64,000 nt of DNA from Thermoplasmata archaeon (lineage in GTDB: Archaea > Thermoplasmatota > JASEFT01 > JBBABA01), in the NCBI GenBank assembly GCA_041657955.1, contig JBBABA010000001.1, positions 40,578 through 104,577 on the forward strand. The letters run 5' to 3'. Numbering within the stretch: the stretch's first letter is position 1; every line of letters begins with the position of its first letter. This document shows positions 49,633 to 60,222 of this stretch, piece by piece. Under the pieces are notes generated by a model. The model saw nothing but the letters and a program-made list of their open reading frames with translations, made no database searches and was not told the origin of the DNA. The translations under genes were made by a program, and so were the position numbers.

Positions 49633-50448
49633 TTATTGCGGTTCGTCCCTTTTTCCCAGACTCTTGGACCTTGTAGTCGCAATCTCCACTGCGTCCATAA
49701 GAAGCGCCCTCATGCCCGACTTCTCTATTGTGTGGAGAGCGGATATTGCGGTGCCTGCAGGCGACGTTACCATGTCCTTTAGGTAGCTCGTGTGCTTCGT
49801 GGTTTCCCTCACCATCTTGGCGGATCCAAGGACGGTTTGGGTGGAGAGTATATTTGCCACATCCCTGGGCAGCCCCATTCTTACGCCCGCATCCGACAGC
49901 GCCTCGATTATGACGAATATATACATCGGACCCGTGCCAGAGAGTCCCGTGACAGCATCCATCAGTTCCTCATCGACTTCTACGCAATGACCAACAGCTT
50001 CAAACAGCTTTTTAGCGTACTCCGCATCCTTCTTCGTGGCCGTGTCGCTGTGGCATATCGCGGTGGCGCCTTCGCAAACCTGGATTGGAAGATTGGGCAT
50101 GGCTCTTATTACTCTTGCATCCCGCATCATTTTTTCCACGTGCTTTGTCGGCACTCCCGCGGCAAAAGAGATAACGAGTTTATTTTTGCAGCCGCCTGCA
50201 ATTGTTTTCATAATGCCATCCATATCCTGCGGTTTTACGGCAAGAACCACAGTCTCTGCAGATATGGCTGCGGCGAGATTGTCAGTGGTGGTTGTTATCT
50301 CGTACTCCTTCTCCAGCATCTTAAGTTTCTTTGGGGTGCGGCCGGTCCCGATAATGTCGCCAGGATCGAAATAGCCGGATGCCAATAGACCTTTAATCAT
50401 AGACTGGGCTATATTGCCAGTACCTATAAATCCTATTTTTTTCTTCAT
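49633..50448 (-). CDS. proC: pyrroline-5-carboxylate reductase
   Basis: NADP-binding IGFIGTGNIAQ and ProC C-terminal dimerisation domain. Confidence 0.85.
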   Translation of the reverse strand: MKKKIGFIGTGNIAQSMIKGLLASGYFDPGDIIGTGRTPKKLKMLEKEYEITTTTDNLAAAISAETVVLAVKPQDMDGIMKTIAGGCKNKLVISFAAGVPTKHVEKMMRDARVIRAMPNLPIQVCEGATAICHSDTATKKDAEYAKKLFEAVGHCVEVDEELMDAVTGLSGTGPMYIFVIIEALSDAGVRMGLPRDVANILSTQTVLGSAKMVRETTKHTSYLKDMVTSPAGTAISALHTIEKSGMRALLMDAVEIATTRSKSLGKRDEPQ

Positions 50449-50542
50449 ATGTTCACATCACATAGAGCATCAAAACCGTATTTTATCTTTATGGTTTATG
50501 ATTTTTTATAACATTTGGATTAATTCGCACATTTCCATTACT

Positions 50543-51565
50543 TCATACAATGTACAGAATGTCGTTATATCGTATTACCTTCACGGTTTTTCCCTTCACG
50601 TTAAACTTTTTCGGTTTCTCTATCTCTACCTCTGTGCGGGTTTCCGGATCCAAAATCTTTATCAGTTTATCCCCTGTCGAAACCACCGCCGCATTCGATA
50701 TCAGACCCTCATCACCCAATACCTCTGCATTGGAGATAGATTCCATATCTGTAACGCGTGTTTCTCTCATAGACAGGTCGAATAGTTTTATCACGGATTT
50801 TCGAACATCGAGGATGCGCGACACGTTTTCATCAATGGCTATAAAGTCTCCCTCTTTGTATTTCGGGATCCTGATAAGAATCGTCGTACGATAAATGTCC
50901 ACACCGTCCTTTCTGCCCGCAATGCTTGCGGTCTCAAACGTTCTGGTGTTAAACTTATCGCGGAGGATCGCCGCAACGGCGCGTGCGGCGGTCGTACTGC
51001 TTAAATAAAAATCCACGCCGCCCCTGACAGCTTCTTGTTTTGTGATAAATTCCTTCTCGTTTCTTTCCTTGCTGAAGTAATCTGCAATTATGATACTCGC
51101 CTCGCGGACATCCTTTTCTCTTATCTTGTTGCTCTCGTATCCGCGAATCTGGATTATCGCTTCGTAGTATCCCCTGAATGCCCTGCTGCACTGCTTGCAA
51201 ACGCTGTATTTTATTCTGACATCTCTTTGGTACTGCTCTTTGATTACCAGCTTGCCCACCATAAGCGTTATCTCGATTTTTGCGGTCAGGGTTCTTTTAT
51301 CCTTGTAATTGAGCGCGGAGCTGACTTCAACGACCTCTGCATTTTTGTTTACAGATACGCTGTCGTTTATTACCTTTTTTACGGATGCATCTGTTGAATC
51401 CGTCATTATCCATCTGGCGCCTATATTGACTGCGTTGCAATATGTGCATACGGGCGCATCTATTATTTCCGGCAATTTTACGAACGTCTTTTTTTTTCTG
51501 AAACAATCCTCGCACAAATGCTCGTAAAGTTCGCATTCCTTGCCGCATTCTACACAGAATTCCAT
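50543..51565 (-). CDS. NMD3-family ribosomal export/assembly protein homolog
   Basis: N-terminal Cys4 cluster (CVECGK...CEDC...CTYC) and NMD3 core. Confidence 0.75.
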   Translation of the reverse strand: MEFCVECGKECELYEHLCEDCFRKKKTFVKLPEIIDAPVCTYCNAVNIGARWIMTDSTDASVKKVINDSVSVNKNAEVVEVSSALNYKDKRTLTAKIEITLMVGKLVIKEQYQRDVRIKYSVCKQCSRAFRGYYEAIIQIRGYESNKIREKDVREASIIIADYFSKERNEKEFITKQEAVRGGVDFYLSSTTAARAVAAILRDKFNTRTFETASIAGRKDGVDIYRTTILIRIPKYKEGDFIAIDENVSRILDVRKSVIKLFDLSMRETRVTDMESISNAEVLGDEGLISNAAVVSTGDKLIKILDPETRTEVEIEKPKKFNVKGKTVKVIRYNDILYIV

Positions 51566-51596
51566 AATTCCATCACTTCGTTTAAGTCGTATATGC

Positions 51597-51893
51597 TCAA
51601 AACTTTACTATCTGGACGTGCGGTATGCCGGCGACGGTCATAACGTCTTTCTCGCCAATAAATCCCGCCCTTTTAGTGCAATCTATTACAAATTTCCCGA
51701 GGAGGTTGGATATCATGGATTGATGAAGTGCACTTATGAAAGTTTCCTCATTCACTTGCATATCGCCGTAAAATGACGAGGACACGTCAAGTTTGAGTTT
51801 TCCTTCTTTAAACGTCTTGCCTACCAAATCTGTATCGCACGCGGCAACCAGACATTCACCACTCGCGGTACGGTGTATTTTCATGGTGATCAT
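51597..51893 (-). CDS. DUF424-family archaeal protein
   Basis: 98-aa conserved small archaeal protein pattern. Confidence 0.5.
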   Translation of the reverse strand: MITMKIHRTASGECLVAACDTDLVGKTFKEGKLKLDVSSSFYGDMQVNEETFISALHQSMISNLLGKFVIDCTKRAGFIGEKDVMTVAGIPHVQIVKF

Positions 51894-52118
51894 TCAACAA
51901 CTCCAATCTCTATTGGATGGCATTATGTGGTTCATTTATTAAAACTCATCTTTGACAAGATGGTATACTGGACATCTTGTCCCATTTTCATCGAGATGGG
52001 AACTTCATTTTACTACCACATCTTCCGAATGCTGTTTGGGGGTGTCAAAGACGAGTTAAAACGGTTCTGTATTGACTGCTAGTGGGCATATCAAAAACAT
52101 CGATGCCGTAATTGTGGC

Positions 52119-54266
52119 TTATTCAGAAGTACGCCTATAGCCGCCGCCGCTTTTCGGCTCGTATATGCTCCCGTCCCTTAACAGTCTATTCAAGTTTTCC
52201 TCTATCTTGCTTCTGGGCATGCCCGCCTCTTCAGCGGCATTTATTATATCGTTTCTCGGGGCCACTCCTTCCCCTCCGCTTTCTTTTGACTTTTTACACA
52301 GGTCCTTTATTATGTCGTATATCTTGCTGATAATGTCGCGCTGGGAATGGCTTATGCCGCTTGTGATCATGTCTATATCCCACACGCCAGTTTCAGACAT
52401 CGCTATCCTGTTCATGTATTTGACAATAATATCGTCCGCGCGATTAACATCCTCTATGGCCACCTCGTCGCTCAATCTGGCTTTTGCGCTTGCTTCGGCT
52501 AGGCGGACAAATCCTTCAAGGTATCTCGGCGTAATGGGAACTGGTGTATTTTCCCCCCCGCCTCTCTTTCTGATATTGACGTAAGTTTCCTTAATCTTCT
52601 CAAGAGTGTCTGGAGTCATTACTGGAATCACGTTTTTCTTGGCATATGCAACGTATTTTCGAAGGAGTTCGCGGTCTATGACAGGCATTACTCCGGTCGC
52701 AGATTCGATTTCGTCCTTTTCTTTAAACTTTTCGTCCCCTTTTAATGCCCTGTGTTTCTTTATCTCTCCGAATAGGTGTGCCTTCAAAACATGCTCAGCC
52801 AGCTCGCCGTCTATGGCCTCATTCGGTTTGTCCCGTATCGAGAATATGATGTCGAATCTGGAAAGCAGGGCCGGGGGCAGGTCTATCTGGTCGGCTATTG
52901 ATTTATTCTCTTCAAATCTCCCAAATTTTGGGTTTGCAGCCGCTAATAACGAACATCGCGCATGAAGCGATGCCGTGATGCCTGCCTTTGCAACGCTTAT
53001 TGTTTGCTGCTCCATTGCCTCGTGGAGGGCGCTCCTGTCCTGTTCTGTCATCTTGTCCATTTCATCAATGCAGGCGACGCCATGATCCGCCATTACAAGG
53101 GCTCCTGCTTCCAACGTCCATCTGCCGCCACCCCATGGCGAAGTATCCTTTACAGCGGCCGCTGTCAGGCCAGCAGCAGAACTTGATTTTCCAGAAGCAT
53201 ATATCCCTCTTGGCGCCAAATCCGAGATATACCGGAGGAGTTGGGATTTTGCTGTGCCTGGGTCTCCAACCAATATTACGTGTATGTCGCCGCGTATCCT
53301 CGTCTTGTCAGGCATCTCTTTCGGGACACCGCCGAACAACTGAAGGGCAAGCGCGCTTTTTTCCACATCCATTCCGTATATTGTTGGTGCTATAGAATGA
53401 ATAATCTTATCATAGCAATCCGGATCCCTGCTCAGCTTTTTAATCGCTTTCTCTTCTGCCGGCGAGATGGATATCTCCTCGAATTCCTGCTCTATCGGTT
53501 CAATACTGTTCACATCTAAGAATATGTCAAACCTGGTTAGTTTTCTCAAACCACTTACGTGCACATGGCTTCGGAGTATGCCGTTTATCACTACCCTGTC
53601 GCCGGGAGAAACTATGCTGGCTACGTCGTCCTCGGCGTACGCGGTCAGGCTTTGCGGCTGTTCGCCGCCGCGAAGGCCTTCCGGACTCTCCTGTATGCCT
53701 ATCGACTGCGTATCTGTAAATTTAGAGTCTTCGGTAATCAGTTTAAATCTTGTTGCCGGTGGAATCTTTCCGCACCCGCCGTTTTCTTTACTGCATTCCA
53801 GCGGCTCTTTTAAATCCATCTCCAATTGTTGGATTTTATGGAATGTGTGGCATCTCGTACACTCAAATATCCCTTCTTGCACTTTAGGTCTAACTTCGCT
53901 TGCACTTCTAACAAGTCCTTCTATCGCTACAAATTTGCCTTGGTGCGCACTTCTCAGGTTCTTAATCGGAATCTTGGATATGTTTGCTGGAAGCCCCCTA
54001 ACCCTAAAACGTATAGGCACCTTTTTATCCGGCGGCATAAGAGAGGCGATAGTTTTTTCTGCGGCATAGATGGCCTTGCTGGGATGATCCAACAGATACT
54101 CCGCTAGCTCCGAATCATACCTATCTATCTCTTCGTAACTAACAATAATGCTTCTCTCGGAGGGGTATATATCAACGACTTTTGTGATCTTTGGCTTATA
54201 GTCGTATTCTACGAAGAACTCCTCCCATTTTGCGAGGAGCGTCTCTTTAGTAAATGGTACTGGCAT
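52119..54266 (-). CDS. mcm: minichromosome maintenance (MCM) replicative helicase
   Basis: Walker A GDPGTAKSQ, Walker B CIDEMDKM, zinc finger, arginine finger. Confidence 0.95.
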   Translation of the reverse strand: MPVPFTKETLLAKWEEFFVEYDYKPKITKVVDIYPSERSIIVSYEEIDRYDSELAEYLLDHPSKAIYAAEKTIASLMPPDKKVPIRFRVRGLPANISKIPIKNLRSAHQGKFVAIEGLVRSASEVRPKVQEGIFECTRCHTFHKIQQLEMDLKEPLECSKENGGCGKIPPATRFKLITEDSKFTDTQSIGIQESPEGLRGGEQPQSLTAYAEDDVASIVSPGDRVVINGILRSHVHVSGLRKLTRFDIFLDVNSIEPIEQEFEEISISPAEEKAIKKLSRDPDCYDKIIHSIAPTIYGMDVEKSALALQLFGGVPKEMPDKTRIRGDIHVILVGDPGTAKSQLLRYISDLAPRGIYASGKSSSAAGLTAAAVKDTSPWGGGRWTLEAGALVMADHGVACIDEMDKMTEQDRSALHEAMEQQTISVAKAGITASLHARCSLLAAANPKFGRFEENKSIADQIDLPPALLSRFDIIFSIRDKPNEAIDGELAEHVLKAHLFGEIKKHRALKGDEKFKEKDEIESATGVMPVIDRELLRKYVAYAKKNVIPVMTPDTLEKIKETYVNIRKRGGGENTPVPITPRYLEGFVRLAEASAKARLSDEVAIEDVNRADDIIVKYMNRIAMSETGVWDIDMITSGISHSQRDIISKIYDIIKDLCKKSKESGGEGVAPRNDIINAAEEAGMPRSKIEENLNRLLRDGSIYEPKSGGGYRRTSE

Positions 54267-54369
54267 ACAATTTCTCCGAAAGGGGGAAGCGTTATCTATC
54301 TGCGATTATATCAACTTTTTTAAAGAAGATAACAACTAACAATAAAAATAAAGGAAAGGGGTAGTGAAA

Positions 54370-54819
54370 TTAAGTACTAGATCTCACAACCAATATTGTA
54401 GTCGTCTTAGTGGTTTTCCCCCAGGTGCTGTCATACTGCGCTTCCACAGTTATCGTTCCTGTGTTTATATTCGCAGGTAATGTGGAGGTCACAACAAAGT
54501 ATGCTGAGCCGTTACTCTCTGTTCTCTTCGCAGTGTCTGAACCACAACCAGTCAATGTGATTATCGCATTGTTAAGTGCCTTTCCGTTCTGGTCTAGTAC
54601 TGTCACAATGAAACTATCTGTCGAGTTGCCGACAACTTTCGACACGGTTATTGTATCTGGTTTTACAGTAATGCTTCCAACTTCCGTCTTGCTAAAACTC
54701 ATCCAACCTACAACAATCCCGATTCCTACGCCCGCTATGATTACCATTATCAGTAGTTGCAATGGCAAGCCCTCGATAGCACCGCTATCGTTCGCTCTAA
54801 ATTTCATTAATTTTTTCAT
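54370..54819 (-). CDS. pilin-like protein with N-terminal GIEGLPL + hydrophobic segment (paralog of 33345..33833)
   Basis: N-terminus DSGAIEGLPLQLLIMVIIAGVGIG; Thr-rich beta-type domain. Confidence 0.5.
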   Translation of the reverse strand: MKKLMKFRANDSGAIEGLPLQLLIMVIIAGVGIGIVVGWMSFSKTEVGSITVKPDTITVSKVVGNSTDSFIVTVLDQNGKALNNAIITLTGCGSDTAKRTESNGSAYFVVTSTLPANINTGTITVEAQYDSTWGKTTKTTTILVVRSST

Positions 54820-54883
54820 AATTCACCTTGCGAGAGTATTATCAAATTGATATTTAAATATAACCACACTTTTAGTATGTTCA

Positions 54884-55516
54884 TCACACACCTCTCCTTT
54901 CATTTCCCCATATAATCTTATGCAGTTGTGGGAGGACTCGCACCTCTAAGCCATCCTTCAAAACCTTCTCTACAAGCGATTTTAGGTTTGTGCCGTCGAC
55001 GGGTGTGAATATGATATTGCAGACCGGGCTGTGCTTTCCTATTATCTCTTTTGCATATTCGTAGTCGGTTTCGTCTGCAATAATAAATTTCAATTGGTCG
55101 TTGCTGCCAAGGAGTTCGATATTCGAAAAATCCATCTTTTGATGCATGCCAGACGATGGGCATTTGATATCAAGGCATGTTAGCAGGTCTTCAGTGCAAC
55201 TTAATTCCCTTATGGAGACAGAACCGTTTGTCTCGACACACATATTGTACCCTCTATCTAATAATTTATTGATAATCGCGGTGGTTTCCTTCTGAAGTAA
55301 AGGTTCGCCGCCAGTGACACAGACGTGTTTTGTCGGATATTTTTCAACAGCACGTATTAACTGTTCAACACTCATCTCTTTGCCCTCAGAGAACGCATAC
55401 TGCGTATCACACCAAGCACAACGAAGATTGCAACCTGTTGTTCTGATGAAAACTGTCGGGATACCCATCCATATGCCTTCTCCCTGGATCGAGAAGAAAA
55501 TCTCGTTGATTTTCAT
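54884..55516 (-). CDS. queE: 7-carboxy-7-deazaguanine synthase (radical SAM)
   Basis: INEIFFSIQGEG ... GCNLRCAWCDT signature. Confidence 0.8.
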   Translation of the reverse strand: MKINEIFFSIQGEGIWMGIPTVFIRTTGCNLRCAWCDTQYAFSEGKEMSVEQLIRAVEKYPTKHVCVTGGEPLLQKETTAIINKLLDRGYNMCVETNGSVSIRELSCTEDLLTCLDIKCPSSGMHQKMDFSNIELLGSNDQLKFIIADETDYEYAKEIIGKHSPVCNIIFTPVDGTNLKSLVEKVLKDGLEVRVLPQLHKIIWGNERRGV

Positions 55517-55544
55517 ATGTTGTTAGATACATCATCATCAATAT

Positions 55545-56639
55545 ATGAAAATTCCTATCGAGAATCAGAAAAATACTTATCGCAAACCACACATGCCAAT
55601 AACAGAGAACGTGACGTCTAATATTATAATCGGGAACTACGAACTCAAAATGAGTGCGGTCTGCAGTCGTATCAAGAAAAGCAGATACAAATATGTCGGG
55701 ATTCAACTGCCAGATGGACTGCGGAGACACCACCAACAGATTATGGATTTTATTAAAAAACGAACCGGGGCAGAAACCATTACGTTTGTGGAACATTGTT
55801 ACGGTGCTTGTGATATTGCAGATAATGATTTTGAAAGCATAGGCGTAGATTGTCTGCTGCACTTCGGGCATGCTGAATTACATGGTAAACACAGATACAA
55901 AATACATACATTGTTCGTCGAAATACAATCGAGGATAGACGTGCTCAGTTCCGTAGCAAAGGCTTGCAGTTACATAACCGGAAACGTGGGCATAGTAACG
56001 ACAGTGCAGCACATCCACACTTTACCCGCTGTAAAAAAATTCCTTAAAGAAAAGAAAATCAAGGCATTCGTCGGTCGTGGCGACTCTAGGATAAAATATC
56101 CCGGACAGGTTTTGGGGTGTAACCTTACGGCTGCCATTAATATTATTGATAAGGTAGATAATTTCCTTTTTATAGGAACTGGGAATTTCCACCCGCTTAG
56201 CATAGCATTGGCGACAGACAAAGAGGTAATAATCGCAGATCCAGAGAAGAACGAAGCGAGAAAAGTGTCCGATATTAAAGAGACCATTTTAAAACAGAGA
56301 TATGGGGCAATTCAACGCGCCTTTGATGCAAACTCTTTTGGCATATTGATAGGAACGATGACCTTTCAACGAAGGATCGACCTCGCTAAAAGATTAAAAG
56401 AGAAGATTGAAAGGCATAACAAAAAAGCGTTTCTGATGGCGGGGAGGGATTTCAAGCCTGAAGATGTTGCGTATATGGGCATAGACGCAGCAGTTTCTAC
56501 GGCATGCCCGAGAATTGCTATAGATGATTATTTAAGGTACCCTATCCCGATAATTACACCGATAGAATTAGAAATTATACTCAAAGAGAGAAAATTAGAA
56601 GACTACACCATGGATCAGATATTCGGAAATGAAGTGTAG
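55545..56639 (+). CDS. dph2: 2-(3-amino-3-carboxypropyl)histidine synthase (diphthamide biosynthesis)
   Basis: three-domain Dph2 pattern with conserved Cys; start may be Met17 or Met36. Confidence 0.8.
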   Translation: MKIPIENQKNTYRKPHMPITENVTSNIIIGNYELKMSAVCSRIKKSRYKYVGIQLPDGLRRHHQQIMDFIKKRTGAETITFVEHCYGACDIADNDFESIGVDCLLHFGHAELHGKHRYKIHTLFVEIQSRIDVLSSVAKACSYITGNVGIVTTVQHIHTLPAVKKFLKEKKIKAFVGRGDSRIKYPGQVLGCNLTAAINIIDKVDNFLFIGTGNFHPLSIALATDKEVIIADPEKNEARKVSDIKETILKQRYGAIQRAFDANSFGILIGTMTFQRRIDLAKRLKEKIERHNKKAFLMAGRDFKPEDVAYMGIDAAVSTACPRIAIDDYLRYPIPIITPIELEIILKERKLEDYTMDQIFGNEV

Positions 56640-56640
56640 T

Positions 56641-56952
56641 CTAGCCGAACAATGCGCTAAGCCCTGATGCTGCTTCTTCCTCAGAGACTTTCGGCTCTTT
56701 TGGCGTCTCTTCCTTTTTGGCCTCTTTTCTCTCTCCTGCTGCGGGTTGTTGTGTTGCTGCTGGTGCGGCTGCTACCACTGCCGGCGTTGCTATGGCCTCT
56801 GTTATGTTTATGCCCTGTAGGGAAGCGGTTAATGCTTTTATTCTCGCGGCATCAGCCTCTACGCCCACTGCTTTAAGTATGCTTTCTACGTTCTTTTCGT
56901 TAATCTCCTTCTTAGCAGAATGGAGAAGTAGTGCTGCGTATATGTATTCCAT
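56641..56952 (-). CDS. rpl12: 50S ribosomal protein L12 (P1 stalk protein)
   Basis: [12 protein letters not shown]-terminus, Ala/Pro hinge, acidic C-terminus ending GLSALFG. Confidence 0.85.
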   Translation of the reverse strand: MEYIYAALLLHSAKKEINEKNVESILKAVGVEADAARIKALTASLQGINITEAIATPAVVAAAPAATQQPAAGERKEAKKEETPKEPKVSEEEAASGLSALFG

Positions 56953-57840
56953 TTATTTCACCTCCTCGTTGGTTGTTTTATTCTTCTCTTCTGATTTTGG
57001 TAAGCGCGATGATAGCGAGAGCATGTGTCCGTGCCCGATTCTGAGTATTGTTTCTATCGTTTCTTTTGTTGGGACATCTGCGTTTACGGATAAATTAAAT
57101 GCATTTCTGTGTGCTTTCTGGATTAATGGGACAATTGACAGTTTGGTCGGATATGAAATGAAGACTCCGAGATTAAGCGCGGCAGTGGCCGCAGTCATTA
57201 TGTTGTTCTTTACGGCGGCATCATCAATCTTCAGAACGTCTGGTTTGTAAATTATACCGTCCTCATAAGCCGCAAGCAAGTCTAAACCTACAATCAGCGG
57301 GTATATCTCTAGACGACTGAGCATCGGTGCCAATTCTCTTGGGATTCTGTCTCCGCATTTTACCAACAGTTTGTCTTCTTTTATGACTACCTTGCCCCTA
57401 TCTATGCCCGCGGGTATGCCTGCCTTCTGCAGTTCACTGACAATCGGTCCTGGTTTAAACGAGGTTTCGCCCTTGGATACTGCGATATCAATGGGCGATA
57501 TTTCTCCGCCCTTTGCTGGTGATTTTGCTTTTGTACCATCTACCTCTCTGAACAATTTAAACGGATTTTCCTTTGTGGCGATTATGGCAACTTGATCGTC
57601 TATGTCGGCCACCAGTTTGTCAATGTTTTTCTTTGTTTTTGCGGCCTCTTTCAACGCGAGGGCGAATAGCGTATTTTTCGAAACCTTCATCTGCATTTTG
57701 CTTCTTAGGTTTCTTTTCATTATCTGAAGGTTTGATGCTGGGATGCTCCTTATTTTTGCTATGCCTATGACTGGATAGTTGGACATCATCTGAATAAGTT
57801 CGTTCAAATCGTCTTTTTTCCATTGTGCAACATGTGCCAA
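56953..57840 (-). CDS. rpl10: 50S ribosomal protein L10 (P0)
   Basis: 295-aa ORF with archaeal P0 N-terminal signature; conserved position between rpl1 and rpl12. Confidence 0.9.
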   Translation of the reverse strand: MAHVAQWKKDDLNELIQMMSNYPVIGIAKIRSIPASNLQIMKRNLRSKMQMKVSKNTLFALALKEAAKTKKNIDKLVADIDDQVAIIATKENPFKLFREVDGTKAKSPAKGGEISPIDIAVSKGETSFKPGPIVSELQKAGIPAGIDRGKVVIKEDKLLVKCGDRIPRELAPMLSRLEIYPLIVGLDLLAAYEDGIIYKPDVLKIDDAAVKNNIMTAATAALNLGVFISYPTKLSIVPLIQKAHRNAFNLSVNADVPTKETIETILRIGHGHMLSLSSRLPKSEEKNKTTNEEVK

Positions 57841-57850
57841 TCAGATCACC

Positions 57851-58489
57851 TTAAAATAGTTTTATCGGCGTGCCCATCGTGGTTTTTACATACACGGATT
57901 TTATGTTCATTTTCCCTCGCTCTAATCTATTTTCGAGGCGTTTCATCACAACTTCAATGTTTTCTGCAATTTTTTCTGGCGGAATTTCCCTTGTACCGAC
58001 GGGTATATGAAATGTAGTTTTATCTTTCGTCCTCATCCTCACGCTTGTTCTGAGCGATTCTACAATCGACTTTGGATCCGCACCCAGCGGTATCGGCTTC
58101 GGCATTTTTCCCCGCGGGCCTAGCACTGAACCCATCTGTTTACCAATCGCTAGCATAAGTGGCGCTTCTGCCACAAGGAAATCATATTCGTTTGCCAATT
58201 TTTTCACACTCTTTTTGTTGCCCGCTATTTCATTCAACTCGTTTGGCTGGATAACTCGGTCTGCCACTCCTTTTGCCTTTGCAGCAAGCTCGCTAGAACC
58301 AAAAACAAGCACTTTTACACCCCTGCCTCTTCCATTTGGCAGTTGGATTTCTTCCTCGATCCTGTTCTTTGGGTTGGACATGTCGATATCTTTTAGATTG
58401 ATCGCTAATTCTATGCTCTCTTTAAAATTCCTTTTTTTTGAAGTTTCAAGTAAGGTCTTTACGTTTTTTAATACATCTTCGTTTACCAC
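57851..58489 (-). CDS. rpl1: 50S ribosomal protein L1
   Basis: 212-aa ORF with L1 signature; conserved cluster position. Confidence 0.9.
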   Translation of the reverse strand: MVNEDVLKNVKTLLETSKKRNFKESIELAINLKDIDMSNPKNRIEEEIQLPNGRGRGVKVLVFGSSELAAKAKGVADRVIQPNELNEIAGNKKSVKKLANEYDFLVAEAPLMLAIGKQMGSVLGPRGKMPKPIPLGADPKSIVESLRTSVRMRTKDKTTFHIPVGTREIPPEKIAENIEVVMKRLENRLERGKMNIKSVYVKTTMGTPIKLF

Positions 58490-58546
58490 AAAGCATCACC
58501 TGATGTAGTATTAGCGAGTTTCCTCTCCTACATATGTTGATATTAA

Positions 58547-59026
58547 CTAATGGAGTATCTCGGTATATCCTCCCTCATTTATCAATCTTTGCACTTCTCT
58601 CGGATCTTTCCCGGCCACAGTTACGCCCATAGATACGCACGTTCCCAGCACTTCATTTACTGCTTTTCTTATGTTTTTTCCGAGAACATTGTCAGCCTTC
58701 ATTTCAGCAATCTTCTTTGCCTGCTCTATGGTTAGATCTCCCTTCTTGTCGGTTTTTGGGTTTCCAGAGCCCTTTTCTATGCCAATCTCCTTCATAATCA
58801 ATGCGGAGGTGGGCGGCGTTCCTACCTCAACGTCGAATCCGGTTTTCAGTTTTGGATTTATAATAACCTTGACTGGAACCTTCATGCCTTCAAATTGCTT
58901 TGTTTTCTCGTTTATCATCTGGACTACCTGGACGACATTCACACCTGTCGGGCCGAGTGCCGGTCCCAATGGCGGCCCTGGTGTCGCTTTTCCGCCCTCA
59001 ACTAGTACACTAATCGTTTCTGGCAT
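58547..59026 (-). CDS. rpl11: 50S ribosomal protein L11
   Basis: [15 protein letters not shown] motif. Confidence 0.9.
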   Translation of the reverse strand: MPETISVLVEGGKATPGPPLGPALGPTGVNVVQVVQMINEKTKQFEGMKVPVKVIINPKLKTGFDVEVGTPPTSALIMKEIGIEKGSGNPKTDKKGDLTIEQAKKIAEMKADNVLGKNIRKAVNEVLGTCVSMGVTVAGKDPREVQRLINEGGYTEILH

Positions 59027-59709
59027 TATCTCTCTCCCTTCTCCTCCTTCTCTTTCTCTAGTACTCTTACATGTTCGGCTCGAACGGTAACGGGTATGGG
59101 TACCATGGATTCAAACATTTCTACAGTGATCTCCTCTTTTGTTTTATCTATATGCTTTACCCTCGCTTTTTCTCCTTTAAACGGACCAGATATCAGTTCT
59201 ACGATGCTCCCTTCGGTAATGCCCGATACTGTGGGTTTGGGTGTTAGAAAATGGTTGATTTCGGAGAATGGAGTGGTTCCCTGCACAACACCCCGCACAT
59301 GCTGGACATTCTTCACGAGCTTCTGTACGGTTACGATGCTTGAGGATTCCATTAAAAGATAACCTCGAAGTTTGGTCGGTACCAGTATTGAATATATCTC
59401 GATGCCCAGTCTTTTGGCCTTGTTTGCTATGATGTCCGCGACAATTTTTTCATGTCCGACCGCAACTTTTACGGCGAAGATGTGCACTACTGTTTTCTTT
59501 TCCGTTTTCTTAGGGAGTTCTCCAGAGGGTACCGCCTCTTTTGTTTCGACAAGAACGGCTTTCTCCCCAACATCTAAGGGTGCTGTTAAAGGCGTTTTGT
59601 CGATATTTGGCACTATGGAAATTTCCTCCTTTTTTTCGATAGCGGGGGAATCCTTTACATCCCCCAAGTCGTTTGTAGTCGTGTCTTTTTGTTCGGAATC
59701 AAAATTCAT
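59026..59709 (-). CDS. spt5: transcription elongation factor Spt5 (NusG homolog); ORF carries a ~74-aa low-complexity N-terminal extension, true start may be GTG at 59487
   Basis: NGN domain ([12 protein letters not shown]) and KOW motif ([18 protein letters not shown]); secE-spt5-rpl11 order. Confidence 0.8.
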   Translation of the reverse strand: MNFDSEQKDTTTNDLGDVKDSPAIEKKEEISIVPNIDKTPLTAPLDVGEKAVLVETKEAVPSGELPKKTEKKTVVHIFAVKVAVGHEKIVADIIANKAKRLGIEIYSILVPTKLRGYLLMESSSIVTVQKLVKNVQHVRGVVQGTTPFSEINHFLTPKPTVSGITEGSIVELISGPFKGEKARVKHIDKTKEEITVEMFESMVPIPVTVRAEHVRVLEKEKEEKGER

Positions 59710-59726
59710 TTAGCAACCTCCTAATT

Positions 59727-59966
59727 TTACAACCCCAGAATACCCCTAAGGTATCCAGGTAAAAAATTCCACATCAAATATATCAAGAAACCTATGGCTC
59801 CAATCAAGATTATCCCTATACCCGTAATCTGCAGTACTTTGCCGTATTCTTCATTGTCTGGTTTCCTCGCCATCCTCATTACTCGGCCATATCTTCCTTT
59901 ACCGAGATGCTTGACGAAGTCCTCTAATCTTCTCTCGTATTTCCATGAAATTTCAATTATGTCCAT
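59727..59966 (-). CDS. secE: protein translocase subunit SecE (Sec61 gamma)
   Basis: 79 aa, single C-terminal TM helix; conserved position upstream of spt5. Confidence 0.8.
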   Translation of the reverse strand: MDIIEISWKYERRLEDFVKHLGKGRYGRVMRMARKPDNEEYGKVLQITGIGIILIGAIGFLIYLMWNFLPGYLRGILGL

Positions 59967-60222
59967 AATTTCACCGATTTGTTATGTATGGCTAGCACTA
60001 CATCTAAGGAGATTGCTCAACTACAACACATTCAATACTATAAAATATTTTGCCTGATACAATTTGCACATTTAATGCCGACCAATTTGGGCCGCAGTCC
60101 AAGTTTTGTTAAGATAAGTTTATCTATCACCCAAACATTATATTTCCCACCGCCACTCTATGGTGGTCGTAGTGAGAAACACATTACCTGTTTCAAAGAA
60201 AAGGGTGGTCTTTCTGAAAATA

